Below, one piece after another: positions 9,353 to 19,547 of a stretch of 57,799 bases of DNA (positions are counted from its first letter, which is position 1; every line of letters starts with the position of its first letter). The stretch is from a virus (Duplodnaviria; Caudoviricetes). The stretch covers positions 1-57,799 of IMG/VR virus record IMGVR_UViG_3300047560_001719; one strand, given 5' to 3'. The notes beneath the pieces are model-generated. The model was not told the origin of the DNA. It ran no database searches and saw nothing but the letters and a program-made list of their open reading frames with translations. The translations under genes were made by a program, and so were the position numbers.

Positions 9353-11776
9353 ATGTCAGTAACTCAGAAACTCGTTACGAGTAACTTCAACGTAGCCGCC
9401 GCGGCAAACTTCGTTAGCAGCTTTGCTAACAACGATTACTTCGTGTATGCAGCTCGACATATTCCTTATGCTGGCAGCGATACTTCTATTCCTGTTCCGA
9501 ACAACAGTATTCATACCACCGACATCGACGTATACGATAACATGATCTTTGCCAAGAGAGTCACGTCTTCTGATGTGGTTCATATGGCTGTCAAGAACCT
9601 ATGGACATCGAATACATACTACGATATGTACGATAATCTCGACGGAGATCTAGAAACAAAAGCTTTCTTTATCACAGTCGATGACGATACAGAATACAAT
9701 GTCTGGAAGTGTTTGTTCAACAACAGCACGAATACTGTACTGACCAACTCTACGGTGGCTCCATCGAGAGTAGGCAGTGCTGCTGACCTGAATCCGGTCG
9801 AGACTGGAGACGGTTATGTGTGGAAATATATGTACACCATTACCAAGACACAGTACGAAAAGTTTGCTACTTCTCAGTATATTCCTGTCATCGCCAACAA
9901 CGACGTGGTCGAAGGCGCTACTCGTGGCACGATCGAAGTTATCAAGGTAGAAGATGCTGGTGCTGGCTACGACAACTACATTGCAGACGGCACGTTCCTT
10001 TCAGGAGACATCACAGTCGGTGGTATCCCTACATTCTACGGTGCACCTGCCACTGCTGTATCGATCGACGATTACTATCAAGGTTGCGTCATCAAGATTA
10101 CATCTGGATTGGCCATCGGCGAGTATCGTAGAATCGTCAACTATGAAGGTACTGCGGCACAAAAGAAGTTCATTCTCGATCGTGCTTTCTTGATCACTCC
10201 ATCAGCAGGTGATACCTACGAAGTATACCCTTACGCTTTTGTTTGGGGAGACGGCGAAGAATCGACACCGGCTGAAGGCATCGTGTACATCGATTCTGCA
10301 TCGACCAACTCTATCAGTCGAGTAGAACTGCTCAATGTCGGTGAGAACTATCGTAAAGCCGAATCTTATGTTTCAGAGCAGCCTATTACGATCCCTCCAT
10401 CGATCTTTGACGAGACATACATTCAACTTCCGGAAGTTATCACCAGCGCTACTTACTTCTCTCCTGCATCTCTTCGACCGATTATCTCTCCTCGTGGTGG
10501 CCATGGATCAGATCCAAAGAACGAGCTGTTTGCGAAGAGAGTATGTCTCAGCGCAAAGTTCGTCAACAGCGAGAGCGGTATTATCCCGACAGAGAACGAC
10601 TTCCGTCAAGTCGGTCTAATCAAGAATGCCAGGTTTACACAGGTCGATATCAACATCACCAACTCAGTTGGTCCAGGTTTTTCTGTTGGAGAAAAAGTAT
10701 ACCAGTACAGAAAGCTGAAGCTTCACGGTAACGTAAGCATCAACGTTGACAGCACGACCATCGAAAAGACAAACTTCGGAGTCATCTCTACCAGCGCAAA
10801 CATCGTTAGCGGTGGTACAGGATATAATAGCACTGCCAACAACCAACTGGTCTTTAACAACAGCGGAACAGGCGGTTCAGGTGCAGCCGGCACGTTCTCG
10901 AACAACGGTTCAGGTGTTATCACATCAGTAACCATCACTTCGAACGGTTCTGGCTATGAGACAGCTCCGCTTGTTACTATCAACGGAGATGCCGGTGGAT
11001 CAAACGGCGTGATCACGGTTTCTCTTGCAAACCCTGATGCTCCTACGTATCAAGACGCATTCGCTGTAGGAGACTATGTACTCGTAACAGACGGATCGAA
11101 CAACTACATCTCGACAGTCGCTAACGTGCCTACAGACTATCGAATCACTACTGCTAATACAGACAGTTCGTTCACTGCAGACGACTGCGAAATCTCTGCT
11201 CTTGTTCTCGAAGCGAGCGGTATTGTTACCTACTCTGGTGTAAGTCAGATATCTCTTTCGAACGTGGCAGGAGTGTTCACTACTGGAAGTCGAATCTTTG
11301 GAACTGGTGGCATGTCAGGTGATACTGTAGTCAAGGTTTCTGGATCGACTGCAGAGATCACTGGTACTATCGAGATCAACGACAGAAACGCCAGCTCGTT
11401 CAACTACTCTCGTCAGCTAACTCGCCTAGTAGGAACCTTCAGTTCTGGTGGTGTTCCATTCCTTGAAGATGAAGAGATTACACAAGAAAGCTTGATCGCC
11501 TACGCTACTCCTCGCGGCAAGGTTCATCACCTTGAGACAACAGTCGGAGATGATATTCTTTGGATCAGTAACAAGTCAGGTATCTTTAATCTTGATCCTC
11601 GCGGCGTAAGAGATATCGCTGGCGCTGTATCGAGCGCAGAGCTTTCTCCGTTATTGAATAAATACTCTGGAGACTTTGTAGTAGGAAGCGGCGAAGTACT
11701 TTACTTGGAAAACCTAGATCCTATTACGCGAAACGATAACAAATCAGAAATTATAAAGATAGTATTGGAGTTTTAA
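9353..11776 (+). CDS. gp8: Baseplate wedge subunit gp8 with internal insertions (807 aa)
   Basis: YDMYD, YNVWKCLFNN, TGDGYVWKYMYTI, GGHGSDP..EL, NDFRQVGLIKN and the C-terminal SGEVLYLEN..PITR...SE.IKIVLEF are gp8 hallmarks. Confidence 0.9.
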   Translation: MSVTQKLVTSNFNVAAAANFVSSFANNDYFVYAARHIPYAGSDTSIPVPNNSIHTTDIDVYDNMIFAKRVTSSDVVHMAVKNLWTSNTYYDMYDNLDGDLETKAFFITVDDDTEYNVWKCLFNNSTNTVLTNSTVAPSRVGSAADLNPVETGDGYVWKYMYTITKTQYEKFATSQYIPVIANNDVVEGATRGTIEVIKVEDAGAGYDNYIADGTFLSGDITVGGIPTFYGAPATAVSIDDYYQGCVIKITSGLAIGEYRRIVNYEGTAAQKKFILDRAFLITPSAGDTYEVYPYAFVWGDGEESTPAEGIVYIDSASTNSISRVELLNVGENYRKAESYVSEQPITIPPSIFDETYIQLPEVITSATYFSPASLRPIISPRGGHGSDPKNELFAKRVCLSAKFVNSESGIIPTENDFRQVGLIKNARFTQVDINITNSVGPGFSVGEKVYQYRKLKLHGNVSINVDSTTIEKTNFGVISTSANIVSGGTGYNSTANNQLVFNNSGTGGSGAAGTFSNNGSGVITSVTITSNGSGYETAPLVTINGDAGGSNGVITVSLANPDAPTYQDAFAVGDYVLVTDGSNNYISTVANVPTDYRITTANTDSSFTADDCEISALVLEASGIVTYSGVSQISLSNVAGVFTTGSRIFGTGGMSGDTVVKVSGSTAEITGTIEINDRNASSFNYSRQLTRLVGTFSSGGVPFLEDEEITQESLIAYATPRGKVHHLETTVGDDILWISNKSGIFNLDPRGVRDIAGAVSSAELSPLLNKYSGDFVVGSGEVLYLENLDPITRNDNKSEIIKIVLEF
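11657..11664 (+). promoter_or_regulatory. Possible late promoter AATAAATA
   Basis: NATAAATA in the 3' end of gp8, about 120 nt before the next gene. Confidence 0.4.
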
Positions 11777-11780
11777 TTAA

Positions 11781-14700
11781 ATGGCTCTGAAAACAGACCT
11801 AAACGTATCTCCTTATTACGACGACTTCAGCGTATCGAAGGACTTCTATCGAGTTCTCTTCCAGCCAGGTGTCGCCGTTCAGGCTCGTGAGCTTAACCAA
11901 CTCCAGTCGATTCTGCAGAACCAGATCGAGAAGTTTGGTGACAACGTCTTCAAGCGTGGCACGATCATTGACGGATGTACCATTACTAAGCACGACATGG
12001 TGCCATACATCAAGATCAACGACCTTGCTACAGACGGTCTGCAGGTAGACGTTTCTCTTTATAATAACCTGTACGTTCGTAATACCAGCAACGTAGAAGC
12101 ATACGTTATCAAGACTGTAGCCGGTCTTCAATCACAGTCTCCTGACCTCAATACTCTTTATGTTCGTTACATTAACTCAGGTGCAGATGGCAACACTGAC
12201 TCGTTCTCAGCCGGCGAAACCCTGACAGTCTTCGATAAGTCTTATCCGATCTTTAACATTCGTGTGAACGACGGTGCATCGAAGTTCGGTAACAGCGACA
12301 CGGTCGTGGTGATGTCTTCTCTCGCAGTTCAGAACTCGACAGGCGGAGCAGCTGCAGCCGGTAGCTTTACTGCAGGTTCTGTCATTCAGAATGGTGTTGC
12401 TAACGCAGTCATCATCGAAGCTAACACAACTGCCAACAGCGAAGCTCTGATCCTGAAGGTTCGTCCTGAATGGGTCGATCTACAGTCTGCTAACACCATC
12501 AAGTGGAGATTCTCTGCTGGTGAATCGATTCGTAACGTCACTTCGGGTGTATCAGCAAATGTAGTTGCCATTATCGGTTCTGGTGCAGTCGGTTCTATTA
12601 CTACCGACTCTCTTGGTAAAGTCACAGATATTCAGGTTGTCGGTCAAGGTTCTGGATACTACGTTGAGCCTTACGTTACCATTGCTAACAACACCACAGG
12701 TTCTACTTTCACCTCGACAGAACTTCAAGAACTACAGCTAGCCGGTGAAACCTTCCTTACCAACATTCAGGTGGCCAATGCGGCTGCTCTTCCTATCGGT
12801 ACAGGATACGGTATCACGATCAGCGAAGGCACGATCTATCAGAAGGGATTCTTCTCTCGTGTCGAGTCTCAGTTCGAGATCGTCAATAAGTACTCGAACA
12901 CTGGTTTCGATAAGTCTGTAGGTTTTCATACAGAAGAAAGCATCATCAACTCGAGTCAAGATCAGACTCTTCTCGACAACGCAACAGGAACGTTTAACTA
13001 CGCTGCTCCTGGTGCAGATCGCCTGAAACTAACTCCTGTCATCAAAGTCTTTGACAAGACTGTTGCCGATGCCAACACCGAGTTCCTTCCGATCATCGAG
13101 TTCACAGACGGTAGAGCATACCGTGTCAACCAAGATACGGTTTACAACGTTATCAATCGCCAGCTTGCAAAGAGAACATACGAAGAGTCAGGTAACTACG
13201 TTATCGATCAGTTCCTTACTCTGTCAAAGGATTCTACGACTTTCTCTGAAACGAGTGATTCGTTCAAGCTTACTATCGATCCAGGTAAAGCTTACATCAA
13301 CGGTATTCGTATCGAAACTATCGACAACTACAAGCAAAGCGTCGATAAGGGTACAACGAAGCTGAATGAACCGGCCGCGCAGACACGTCTCGGTTACGGT
13401 AACTTTGTAGTCGTCGACGAACTTGCAGGTTCGTTTAACTTCGACTTTGGTTCTCAAGTAGATCTATACGATACTGCTGCAAACTACATCAGCACCGGTG
13501 CGTCGACTATCACAGCTTCGGGAACGAAGATCGGTACTGCTCGTATCCGTACTTTTGCATGGCAAGACGGAGACATCGGTAGCAGCACATGTAAGTATCG
13601 CATGTATCTGTTCGATATCAACATGAATGCAGGTCAAACGTTCAGCAACGTAAAGAGCATCTACTACGGAAGCGGCAACAAAGCTATCGCCGATGTGGTG
13701 CTCGATGTTAATCTGAACATCGCTGTTCTACAAGATACACGCGACTCTTCGCTTCTCTTCAAGATGAAGAATGCTACGTCTAACGTATCGAACATGACTT
13801 ATCAGTTCAGAACAGTCGACACCGCAGAGACTTCAAACTCTGCGGGTTATGTTGTTCTAAATCTTCCATCAGGCCAATACTTCCCTTACTCTGAAGATTT
13901 GAGCACTTCAGAGAAGCGTGATATTCTGGTTATTCCAAACGGAAACTTCAAGTCGCAGACTACCGGAACCGGTTCTATCTCGACCGCAAACAACACAACT
14001 CTGACCGTAACTGGTTCAGGTACGCTGTTTGCTACGCAGTTTGCTCCTGGAGATTGGGTTCTACTCGCCAACTCCACTGGAGGTAACACTTCATACGGTC
14101 AGATCTCATCGATCACGAACAGCACATCGATGTCGCTAGTATCGACTCCTGGTAAAACATACAGCGGTGGTAGCATCACTCTTTACTATCCACAGAACGT
14201 TCCTATCTCTCTAACAAACAAGGCCAGCAGATGGGCCAACGTCAGCAGCTCGAACAGTCAGGTCATGACAATCTACTTTGGTAACACCGTTGCCAACGCT
14301 ACGTCGAACGCTGCAGCTTCGATGCCAGTCTCTGTAGTATACAACGCTCAGCGAAACAACGTCAGCTCTGCTGCCAAGACATCGAATCGTGGTAACTATG
14401 CTCGTATCGTGATCGCGAACAACAACAGCGCAGGAATTCGCGGGCCATGGCCACTCGGTGTATCAGACGTATACCGCCTTCGTGGAGTGTGGAAGAAAGA
14501 CGGAGCTTCGCAAGAAGTCACATTCAACGTCTCGACTAATATCACCGGCTCTGGTACAGCGAACGCTTTCATCACCGTATCTAACAACCCGTTTGCAAAC
14601 GGTGATTCGCTAGTATACTCGAACACTGCAGGCACCGGTGTAGTAGGCGGACTGACCAATGCCAGCACTTACTACGTAGTGTATGCCAACACCTCTGGCT

Positions 14701-17195
14701 TTGCTCTCGCATCGACAAGAGGAGGTGCAAACCTCACTCTGTACTCGAACTCTTCGTCGACTCATAAGTTTACTGGCAACGCAGTCTTCTTTACAGAGAA
14801 CACATACGGCGTGACAGACGTAACAGGCGATTTCTTCATTGACAGCCGTCAGAACGAAGATTTCCTTGACATCTCTCGCCTTGCTAGAAAGCCGCGTGCA
14901 GATAGTCTAGCAGCTACAGACGTGCTTCTTGTCAAGTTTGATGCGTTCACATCTGCATCTGGTGTCAAGACGATCTCGTCATACAATATCACTGATACTG
15001 CAAACCTCACTTCGCTGGTCAGCGATACAGGAGTGCACACTCTTGAAATCCCAGAATTTGTAGGAAAGAACGGCACGTACTACGATCTTCGTGACTATGC
15101 CGATATGCGTCCGGCGGCTGCTAACACGATCAACTATATCACGAACATCTCTGCTACAGCAGCAGGTGCAAACGCTGCATCGATCATCAACCCAACTCTT
15201 CCATCGAACACCAACTACTTTGCTTCTGCGAGCTCGTACTTCCCAGTACCGAACTCGACCATGACAGCAAACGTTAGCTCTTATCTCGGAAGAATGGATC
15301 GTGTGATCATCAACTCCGTTGGAGCTTTTGAAATCAGATCGGGTGAACCGGGTACTGATCCTGTTGTTCCACAAGAACAAGACAACTCTCTGACTCTACA
15401 GATCTATAACATTCCTCCTTATCCTTCACTGCCAGAATCTCTGTCTGCAGACATGATCAGCATCGCTGATACGAAGGTGCAGAGCGAAGCTACAGGTAAG
15501 AGAAAGCGTAACTACACCGTCAAGCCATTGATCAGCGCTTCTGAACGCACAAGAATTCAGCAGCGTCGCTACACGATGGCAGACATCGGTAGCCTTGATA
15601 AGAGAATCAAGGATCTCGAGTACTACGTATCGTTCACTCTCGCAGAAGCTCTTGCAAAGGCTCGCTTCATTCCGAGCGGTCTCGATGCAGCGGTCGATCG
15701 CTTTAAGTTTGGATTCTTCGTCGATCCGTTCACAGACTACAACTACTCTGAAGTTGGCCACGCAGAGTTCTACGCTTCTATCAGAGACGATCAACTCGGT
15801 CCGTTCCTGAAAGAACTGAACCTGCAGTTTATGCCTGATGGTGGTGGAGAGTTCGAAGGTATCCTGACTCTTCCATATGTGGAAGTTACCATCGGTGAAC
15901 AGAATGCTATCACCAATGGACCTATCCCAGCTGCTCCTGTTGCTAACACTGCTACACCTACTCCTGTTGCAAACACCACAGGTGATGTCACTGTAACCAC
16001 AGTAACTCAGCGTATCGAGACCATCATTCAGTCTCAGCGTTCAACAAGCCACAGCGACAGCGGCTCGGTGTACGAAGAGTTTACATACACCTTCAGCAGC
16101 TTCTCTGGCCCAGTCGAGTTCTACATCAACTCTCAAGACAACGTGATGTCTGCATCTGTCTATCAGAGTACTACACCAAACGGTCCATGGTCTCTGACTA
16201 CAAACTCGTTGACAGCTCAATCTATCACTGACGCAGACGTTGCTCGAATCTATCAGATCAGCAGCCTAAACGAGGGCAAGCCGATCGAGCATAAGGGTTC
16301 ACTCGACTATAAGTCGTATCCGTCGGGTATCGATTCTGGCCACTTCTGGGAAGATCAGTTCAAGATGCTTTGGACGCATGATCCGGCTGCAGGTCAGTAT
16401 GTAAAGATTCGTATCTACAAGGGTGATCACCACAGCGGATTCCTTGGTGGTGGCGGAAGCAACAGCGGTAAGTACGGATTCTTGATGAAGTATCCTACAG
16501 ACACTGTTACTACCGAGATCAGAACTGTTCCGAACCCAGCGACGTTCCAGTATACTGGCATCGTACACAGTATTTCTCCAGATTCGTTCACAGTATCTGA
16601 AGGATTGCAGACCATCGGAGATTATTACTACGGATTTGCTTATACGTATCCGTACATCGCAGATGCTCAACGCTTCACGATCTCGGTATCTGGCCTGAAG
16701 CCAAATACAAACCATACGTTCAACTTCGACAGCGAAGATAGAACTTCGAAGTGTTCGCAGATAAGAACATCGACTACGAATACCACTGGTCTAAAATCAG
16801 ATGCTAACGGTGTTCTTACGTTCGACTTCTACTACGATGCGGGACTCGATGAAGCCGGAACAGATGTTGAAGCTCGCAACCGTGCGATCGCAAGCATCGC
16901 CGGTCAGAAGCGCTTCTCGATCGACAACAATGACGGTACTTCGAGAGCTGCCGGCGTGATCACGATGGCTTACTACACCAACAATCCGACAGGATATGAT
17001 TACCTGAACGTTTCGCCGACAACGACTGGTGCAGCTACATCTACTACCGGCACTACCACTGCTCCAGTAGATACTGCAACAGCTGCATACAGCGATACGA
17101 CTGCTGCGACCGGATCTTATAACGTGGTGACTCTCGATATCAATAAACAGCTTGAGATCGAAATTGCAAGAGCGATGAACGGCATCTACTACTAA
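11781..17195 (+). CDS. Large virion structural protein, VrlC/DUF4815-like (N-terminal and central part)
   Basis: LNVSPYYDDF..K.FYRVLF.PG.AVQARELNQLQSILQNQIE.FG; APGADRLK; LAKRTYEESG.Y; RRYTM.DIG.L.KRI..LEYY; RFK.GFFVD.F. Follows gp8 as in marine and alphaproteobacterial T4-like phages. Confidence 0.85.
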   Translation: MALKTDLNVSPYYDDFSVSKDFYRVLFQPGVAVQARELNQLQSILQNQIEKFGDNVFKRGTIIDGCTITKHDMVPYIKINDLATDGLQVDVSLYNNLYVRNTSNVEAYVIKTVAGLQSQSPDLNTLYVRYINSGADGNTDSFSAGETLTVFDKSYPIFNIRVNDGASKFGNSDTVVVMSSLAVQNSTGGAAAAGSFTAGSVIQNGVANAVIIEANTTANSEALILKVRPEWVDLQSANTIKWRFSAGESIRNVTSGVSANVVAIIGSGAVGSITTDSLGKVTDIQVVGQGSGYYVEPYVTIANNTTGSTFTSTELQELQLAGETFLTNIQVANAAALPIGTGYGITISEGTIYQKGFFSRVESQFEIVNKYSNTGFDKSVGFHTEESIINSSQDQTLLDNATGTFNYAAPGADRLKLTPVIKVFDKTVADANTEFLPIIEFTDGRAYRVNQDTVYNVINRQLAKRTYEESGNYVIDQFLTLSKDSTTFSETSDSFKLTIDPGKAYINGIRIETIDNYKQSVDKGTTKLNEPAAQTRLGYGNFVVVDELAGSFNFDFGSQVDLYDTAANYISTGASTITASGTKIGTARIRTFAWQDGDIGSSTCKYRMYLFDINMNAGQTFSNVKSIYYGSGNKAIADVVLDVNLNIAVLQDTRDSSLLFKMKNATSNVSNMTYQFRTVDTAETSNSAGYVVLNLPSGQYFPYSEDLSTSEKRDILVIPNGNFKSQTTGTGSISTANNTTLTVTGSGTLFATQFAPGDWVLLANSTGGNTSYGQISSITNSTSMSLVSTPGKTYSGGSITLYYPQNVPISLTNKASRWANVSSSNSQVMTIYFGNTVANATSNAAASMPVSVVYNAQRNNVSSAAKTSNRGNYARIVIANNNSAGIRGPWPLGVSDVYRLRGVWKKDGASQEVTFNVSTNITGSGTANAFITVSNNPFANGDSLVYSNTAGTGVVGGLTNASTYYVVYANTSGFALASTRGGANLTLYSNSSSTHKFTGNAVFFTENTYGVTDVTGDFFIDSRQNEDFLDISRLARKPRADSLAATDVLLVKFDAFTSASGVKTISSYNITDTANLTSLVSDTGVHTLEIPEFVGKNGTYYDLRDYADMRPAAANTINYITNISATAAGANAASIINPTLPSNTNYFASASSYFPVPNSTMTANVSSYLGRMDRVIINSVGAFEIRSGEPGTDPVVPQEQDNSLTLQIYNIPPYPSLPESLSADMISIADTKVQSEATGKRKRNYTVKPLISASERTRIQQRRYTMADIGSLDKRIKDLEYYVSFTLAEALAKARFIPSGLDAAVDRFKFGFFVDPFTDYNYSEVGHAEFYASIRDDQLGPFLKELNLQFMPDGGGEFEGILTLPYVEVTIGEQNAITNGPIPAAPVANTATPTPVANTTGDVTVTTVTQRIETIIQSQRSTSHSDSGSVYEEFTYTFSSFSGPVEFYINSQDNVMSASVYQSTTPNGPWSLTTNSLTAQSITDADVARIYQISSLNEGKPIEHKGSLDYKSYPSGIDSGHFWEDQFKMLWTHDPAAGQYVKIRIYKGDHHSGFLGGGGSNSGKYGFLMKYPTDTVTTEIRTVPNPATFQYTGIVHSISPDSFTVSEGLQTIGDYYYGFAYTYPYIADAQRFTISVSGLKPNTNHTFNFDSEDRTSKCSQIRTSTTNTTGLKSDANGVLTFDFYYDAGLDEAGTDVEARNRAIASIAGQKRFSIDNNDGTSRAAGVITMAYYTNNPTGYDYLNVSPTTTGAATSTTGTTTAPVDTATAAYSDTTAATGSYNVVTLDINKQLEIEIARAMNGIYY

Positions 17196-17199
17196 GCAG

Positions 17200-17207
17200 C
17201 ATAAATA
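17200..17207 (+). promoter_or_regulatory. Late promoter variant CATAAATA
   Basis: Intergenic, followed by a GAGG Shine-Dalgarno and ATG 17227. Confidence 0.65.
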
Positions 17208-17226
17208 AAGATAAACGAGGAACTGC

Positions 17227-19338
17227 ATGTCTTTCAATTATATTCAAACATTTTATGTGAACCCTGAAAGAGTCGCGAACGCGGCTGAAGTCATGCTGAC
17301 TTCTGTCGAAGTAAGTTTTAAGTCTAAACCTGAAAGAGGCAGAGCAACTTCAGGCGCTATCGCTCCTGGTATCAACGCATGGATCTGTGAAGTAGAGAAC
17401 GATTCTCCTATCGAAAGTAGAGTGATCAAGAATTCTCTTGTATACGTAGAGTACGATCAAGTCCCTACTTCAAACGACGGTTCGGCTGCCACTGTTGTTG
17501 GTTTCAGAACACCAGTAAGACTGGCTACTGGCCGTTACTACGGTCTTGTTCTCAAGTTTAACGATCCTGCATACGATGTATGGACCAATATTCTTGGAGA
17601 AAGACTCGTAAAAGACGGTGTGACGACAAACGATCTTTCAACTGGTATTCGCGGAACGCATGGCGGGAAGCTTTATACTTGCACGAATACAAACTCGCAT
17701 CGCGAGATGCCAGATCGTGATATCAAGATCAAGATCAAGGTTGCTAAGTTTACAGCAAACAATGTCTCTGTCAACCTCGTCAACAGAGACTATGAGTTCT
17801 TCACCATCGACAACACCAACACGGGTGCATTCATCGGTGGAGAGTATGTTTATCAAAACATTGCAAACCAAACAGGTACGGTTACAGTATCTTCTTCAAG
17901 CCAGAACGTTGTCGGTGTAGGCACTACATTTACGAGCCATGCCACCGGAGATAAGATCGTCGTGGCTAGCGGAGGTTCTACAGAAGTACTCAAGATCACA
18001 AACATCACTAACACTACACACATGACTGTAGACCGTTCTCCTCCGTTCTCAGCAACGGGTATCGGATACAAGCTTCCTCCACTCGCGTTGGTTTATAAAG
18101 TAGACTATCCAAAAAATCTGGTTATACTTGTAGACTCGACCGCAAACTCATCCGTCAAGTATGCAGTAGGAGGAGGTAGACTCGTAGGTGTTCGCTCTGG
18201 AGGTACTGCTAACATCGCATCGATCGATCGTTATCCAGTCGATAACTTCAAGCCTTCGTTCCTGATCGGCAACCCTACCGGTTCTACGTACACTCTGAAC
18301 TATCAGATCGCCAACTCATCGAACCAGCTTTCTTCGTCTTCTACCAACATCAACCTTCTGCAGATGAACAAGTCTGCAACGACTGGTTATGTTCTATCGA
18401 GATCGGTAGAGGTGGATACTTCGAAGAGCTCGAATCTTTTTGGAACTCTGAGAAAGTCAGTAGTAGCCAACCTAAACATCACAGTATCGACTGACGAAAA
18501 AGATCGATTCTCGGTGCCGTACGCTACGAGCCGAGAGATGGACTTTTACTTCTATCAGAACGACATCAACAACACTTATACCGAGACTCGTACGGTCGGC
18601 CTTTCTTCTATCGCAGAGTATGACACCGAAACAGGCCCGAACGGTCTTGCCAAGTCGAAGTACATCTCGAAGGTGATCAACTTCGCTCAAGACAAGTACG
18701 CCGAAGATATCGTTGTCTATCTGACTGGATATCGCCCAGCTGGAACTCAGATCAAGGTATATGCCAAGATCCATAACGCTGCGGACAGAGAATCTTTTGG
18801 CAGCAAGGCGTGGACTCCTCTAATCCTGAAGGACAACGTCGATCGTTACAGTTCTACAGATCCTCGCGATATGTACGAGTACACATACGGGTTCGACGTC
18901 AATCCAGAAGTTCAAACCGAACTGAGCGGTACAGCTACTATTACATACAACTCGAACACGATCACTACCACTGCAGACCAATCGGCTATCTTGACAGCAG
19001 GTGATCTCATTCGAGTTCGTGATGCCGACTTCGGTAATCAAGAAGTGTACGTAGTATCTTCTGCTAACACCACGGCTATCAGCACATATCGTAAGATCAC
19101 CACTTCTAGCCTCGTATCATCAGGAGTTACTCGTTCAGACATCGTGATCGATAAGCTGAAGTACAGAAACACTGCATGGAACAACGTAGAGAACGATAAT
19201 CAAGTTCGTTACGTTAACAGTGAGTATGCGGAGTTCGATCGTTACACATCGATGCAGATTAAGGTGGTCTTGCTGGCTGAACAAACACATGTAGTTCCGA
19301 AGGTAGAGCAGATTCAAGTCATCGGAGCTTCTGCATAA
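17227..19338 (+). CDS. Virion structural protein resembling the C-terminal part of VrlC-like proteins (703 aa)
   Basis: IQTFYV...LTSVEV.F.SKP, SKYISKVI.......D..VYL..YRP.GT.IKVYAK and F.....IKVVLL......VP motifs recalled from the C-termini of VrlC-like proteins. Confidence 0.7.
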   Translation: MSFNYIQTFYVNPERVANAAEVMLTSVEVSFKSKPERGRATSGAIAPGINAWICEVENDSPIESRVIKNSLVYVEYDQVPTSNDGSAATVVGFRTPVRLATGRYYGLVLKFNDPAYDVWTNILGERLVKDGVTTNDLSTGIRGTHGGKLYTCTNTNSHREMPDRDIKIKIKVAKFTANNVSVNLVNRDYEFFTIDNTNTGAFIGGEYVYQNIANQTGTVTVSSSSQNVVGVGTTFTSHATGDKIVVASGGSTEVLKITNITNTTHMTVDRSPPFSATGIGYKLPPLALVYKVDYPKNLVILVDSTANSSVKYAVGGGRLVGVRSGGTANIASIDRYPVDNFKPSFLIGNPTGSTYTLNYQIANSSNQLSSSSTNINLLQMNKSATTGYVLSRSVEVDTSKSSNLFGTLRKSVVANLNITVSTDEKDRFSVPYATSREMDFYFYQNDINNTYTETRTVGLSSIAEYDTETGPNGLAKSKYISKVINFAQDKYAEDIVVYLTGYRPAGTQIKVYAKIHNAADRESFGSKAWTPLILKDNVDRYSSTDPRDMYEYTYGFDVNPEVQTELSGTATITYNSNTITTTADQSAILTAGDLIRVRDADFGNQEVYVVSSANTTAISTYRKITTSSLVSSGVTRSDIVIDKLKYRNTAWNNVENDNQVRYVNSEYAEFDRYTSMQIKVVLLAEQTHVVPKVEQIQVIGASA

Positions 19339-19547
19339 TGTTAGTAAAAACTGAAACAGAAGGCTACATGAAGGACACCACGTCTGGAGCTTTCATAAAT
19401 ACAGATGACGCATCGTATGCCCGATTTCTGGCACAAAGATCGAATATCAAGAAGAACAACGATCTTTGCAAAAGAATCGACGCGGTGGAAGATGATCTAA
19501 GAGAGATTAAGAACCTACTCTTACAAGTAGTTAACGGAAGAAATTAA
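19338..19547 (+). CDS. Small conserved hypothetical protein with C-terminal coiled coil
   Basis: KD..SGA.INTD...Y..F pattern and a heptad C-terminus (DLREIKNLLLQ); TAATG coupling on both sides. Confidence 0.75.
   Translation: MLVKTETEGYMKDTTSGAFINTDDASYARFLAQRSNIKKNNDLCKRIDAVEDDLREIKNLLLQVVNGRN
19394..19401 (+). promoter_or_regulatory. Possible late promoter CATAAATA
   Basis: NATAAATA inside the 69-aa gene, upstream of the first fibre gene. Confidence 0.4.
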
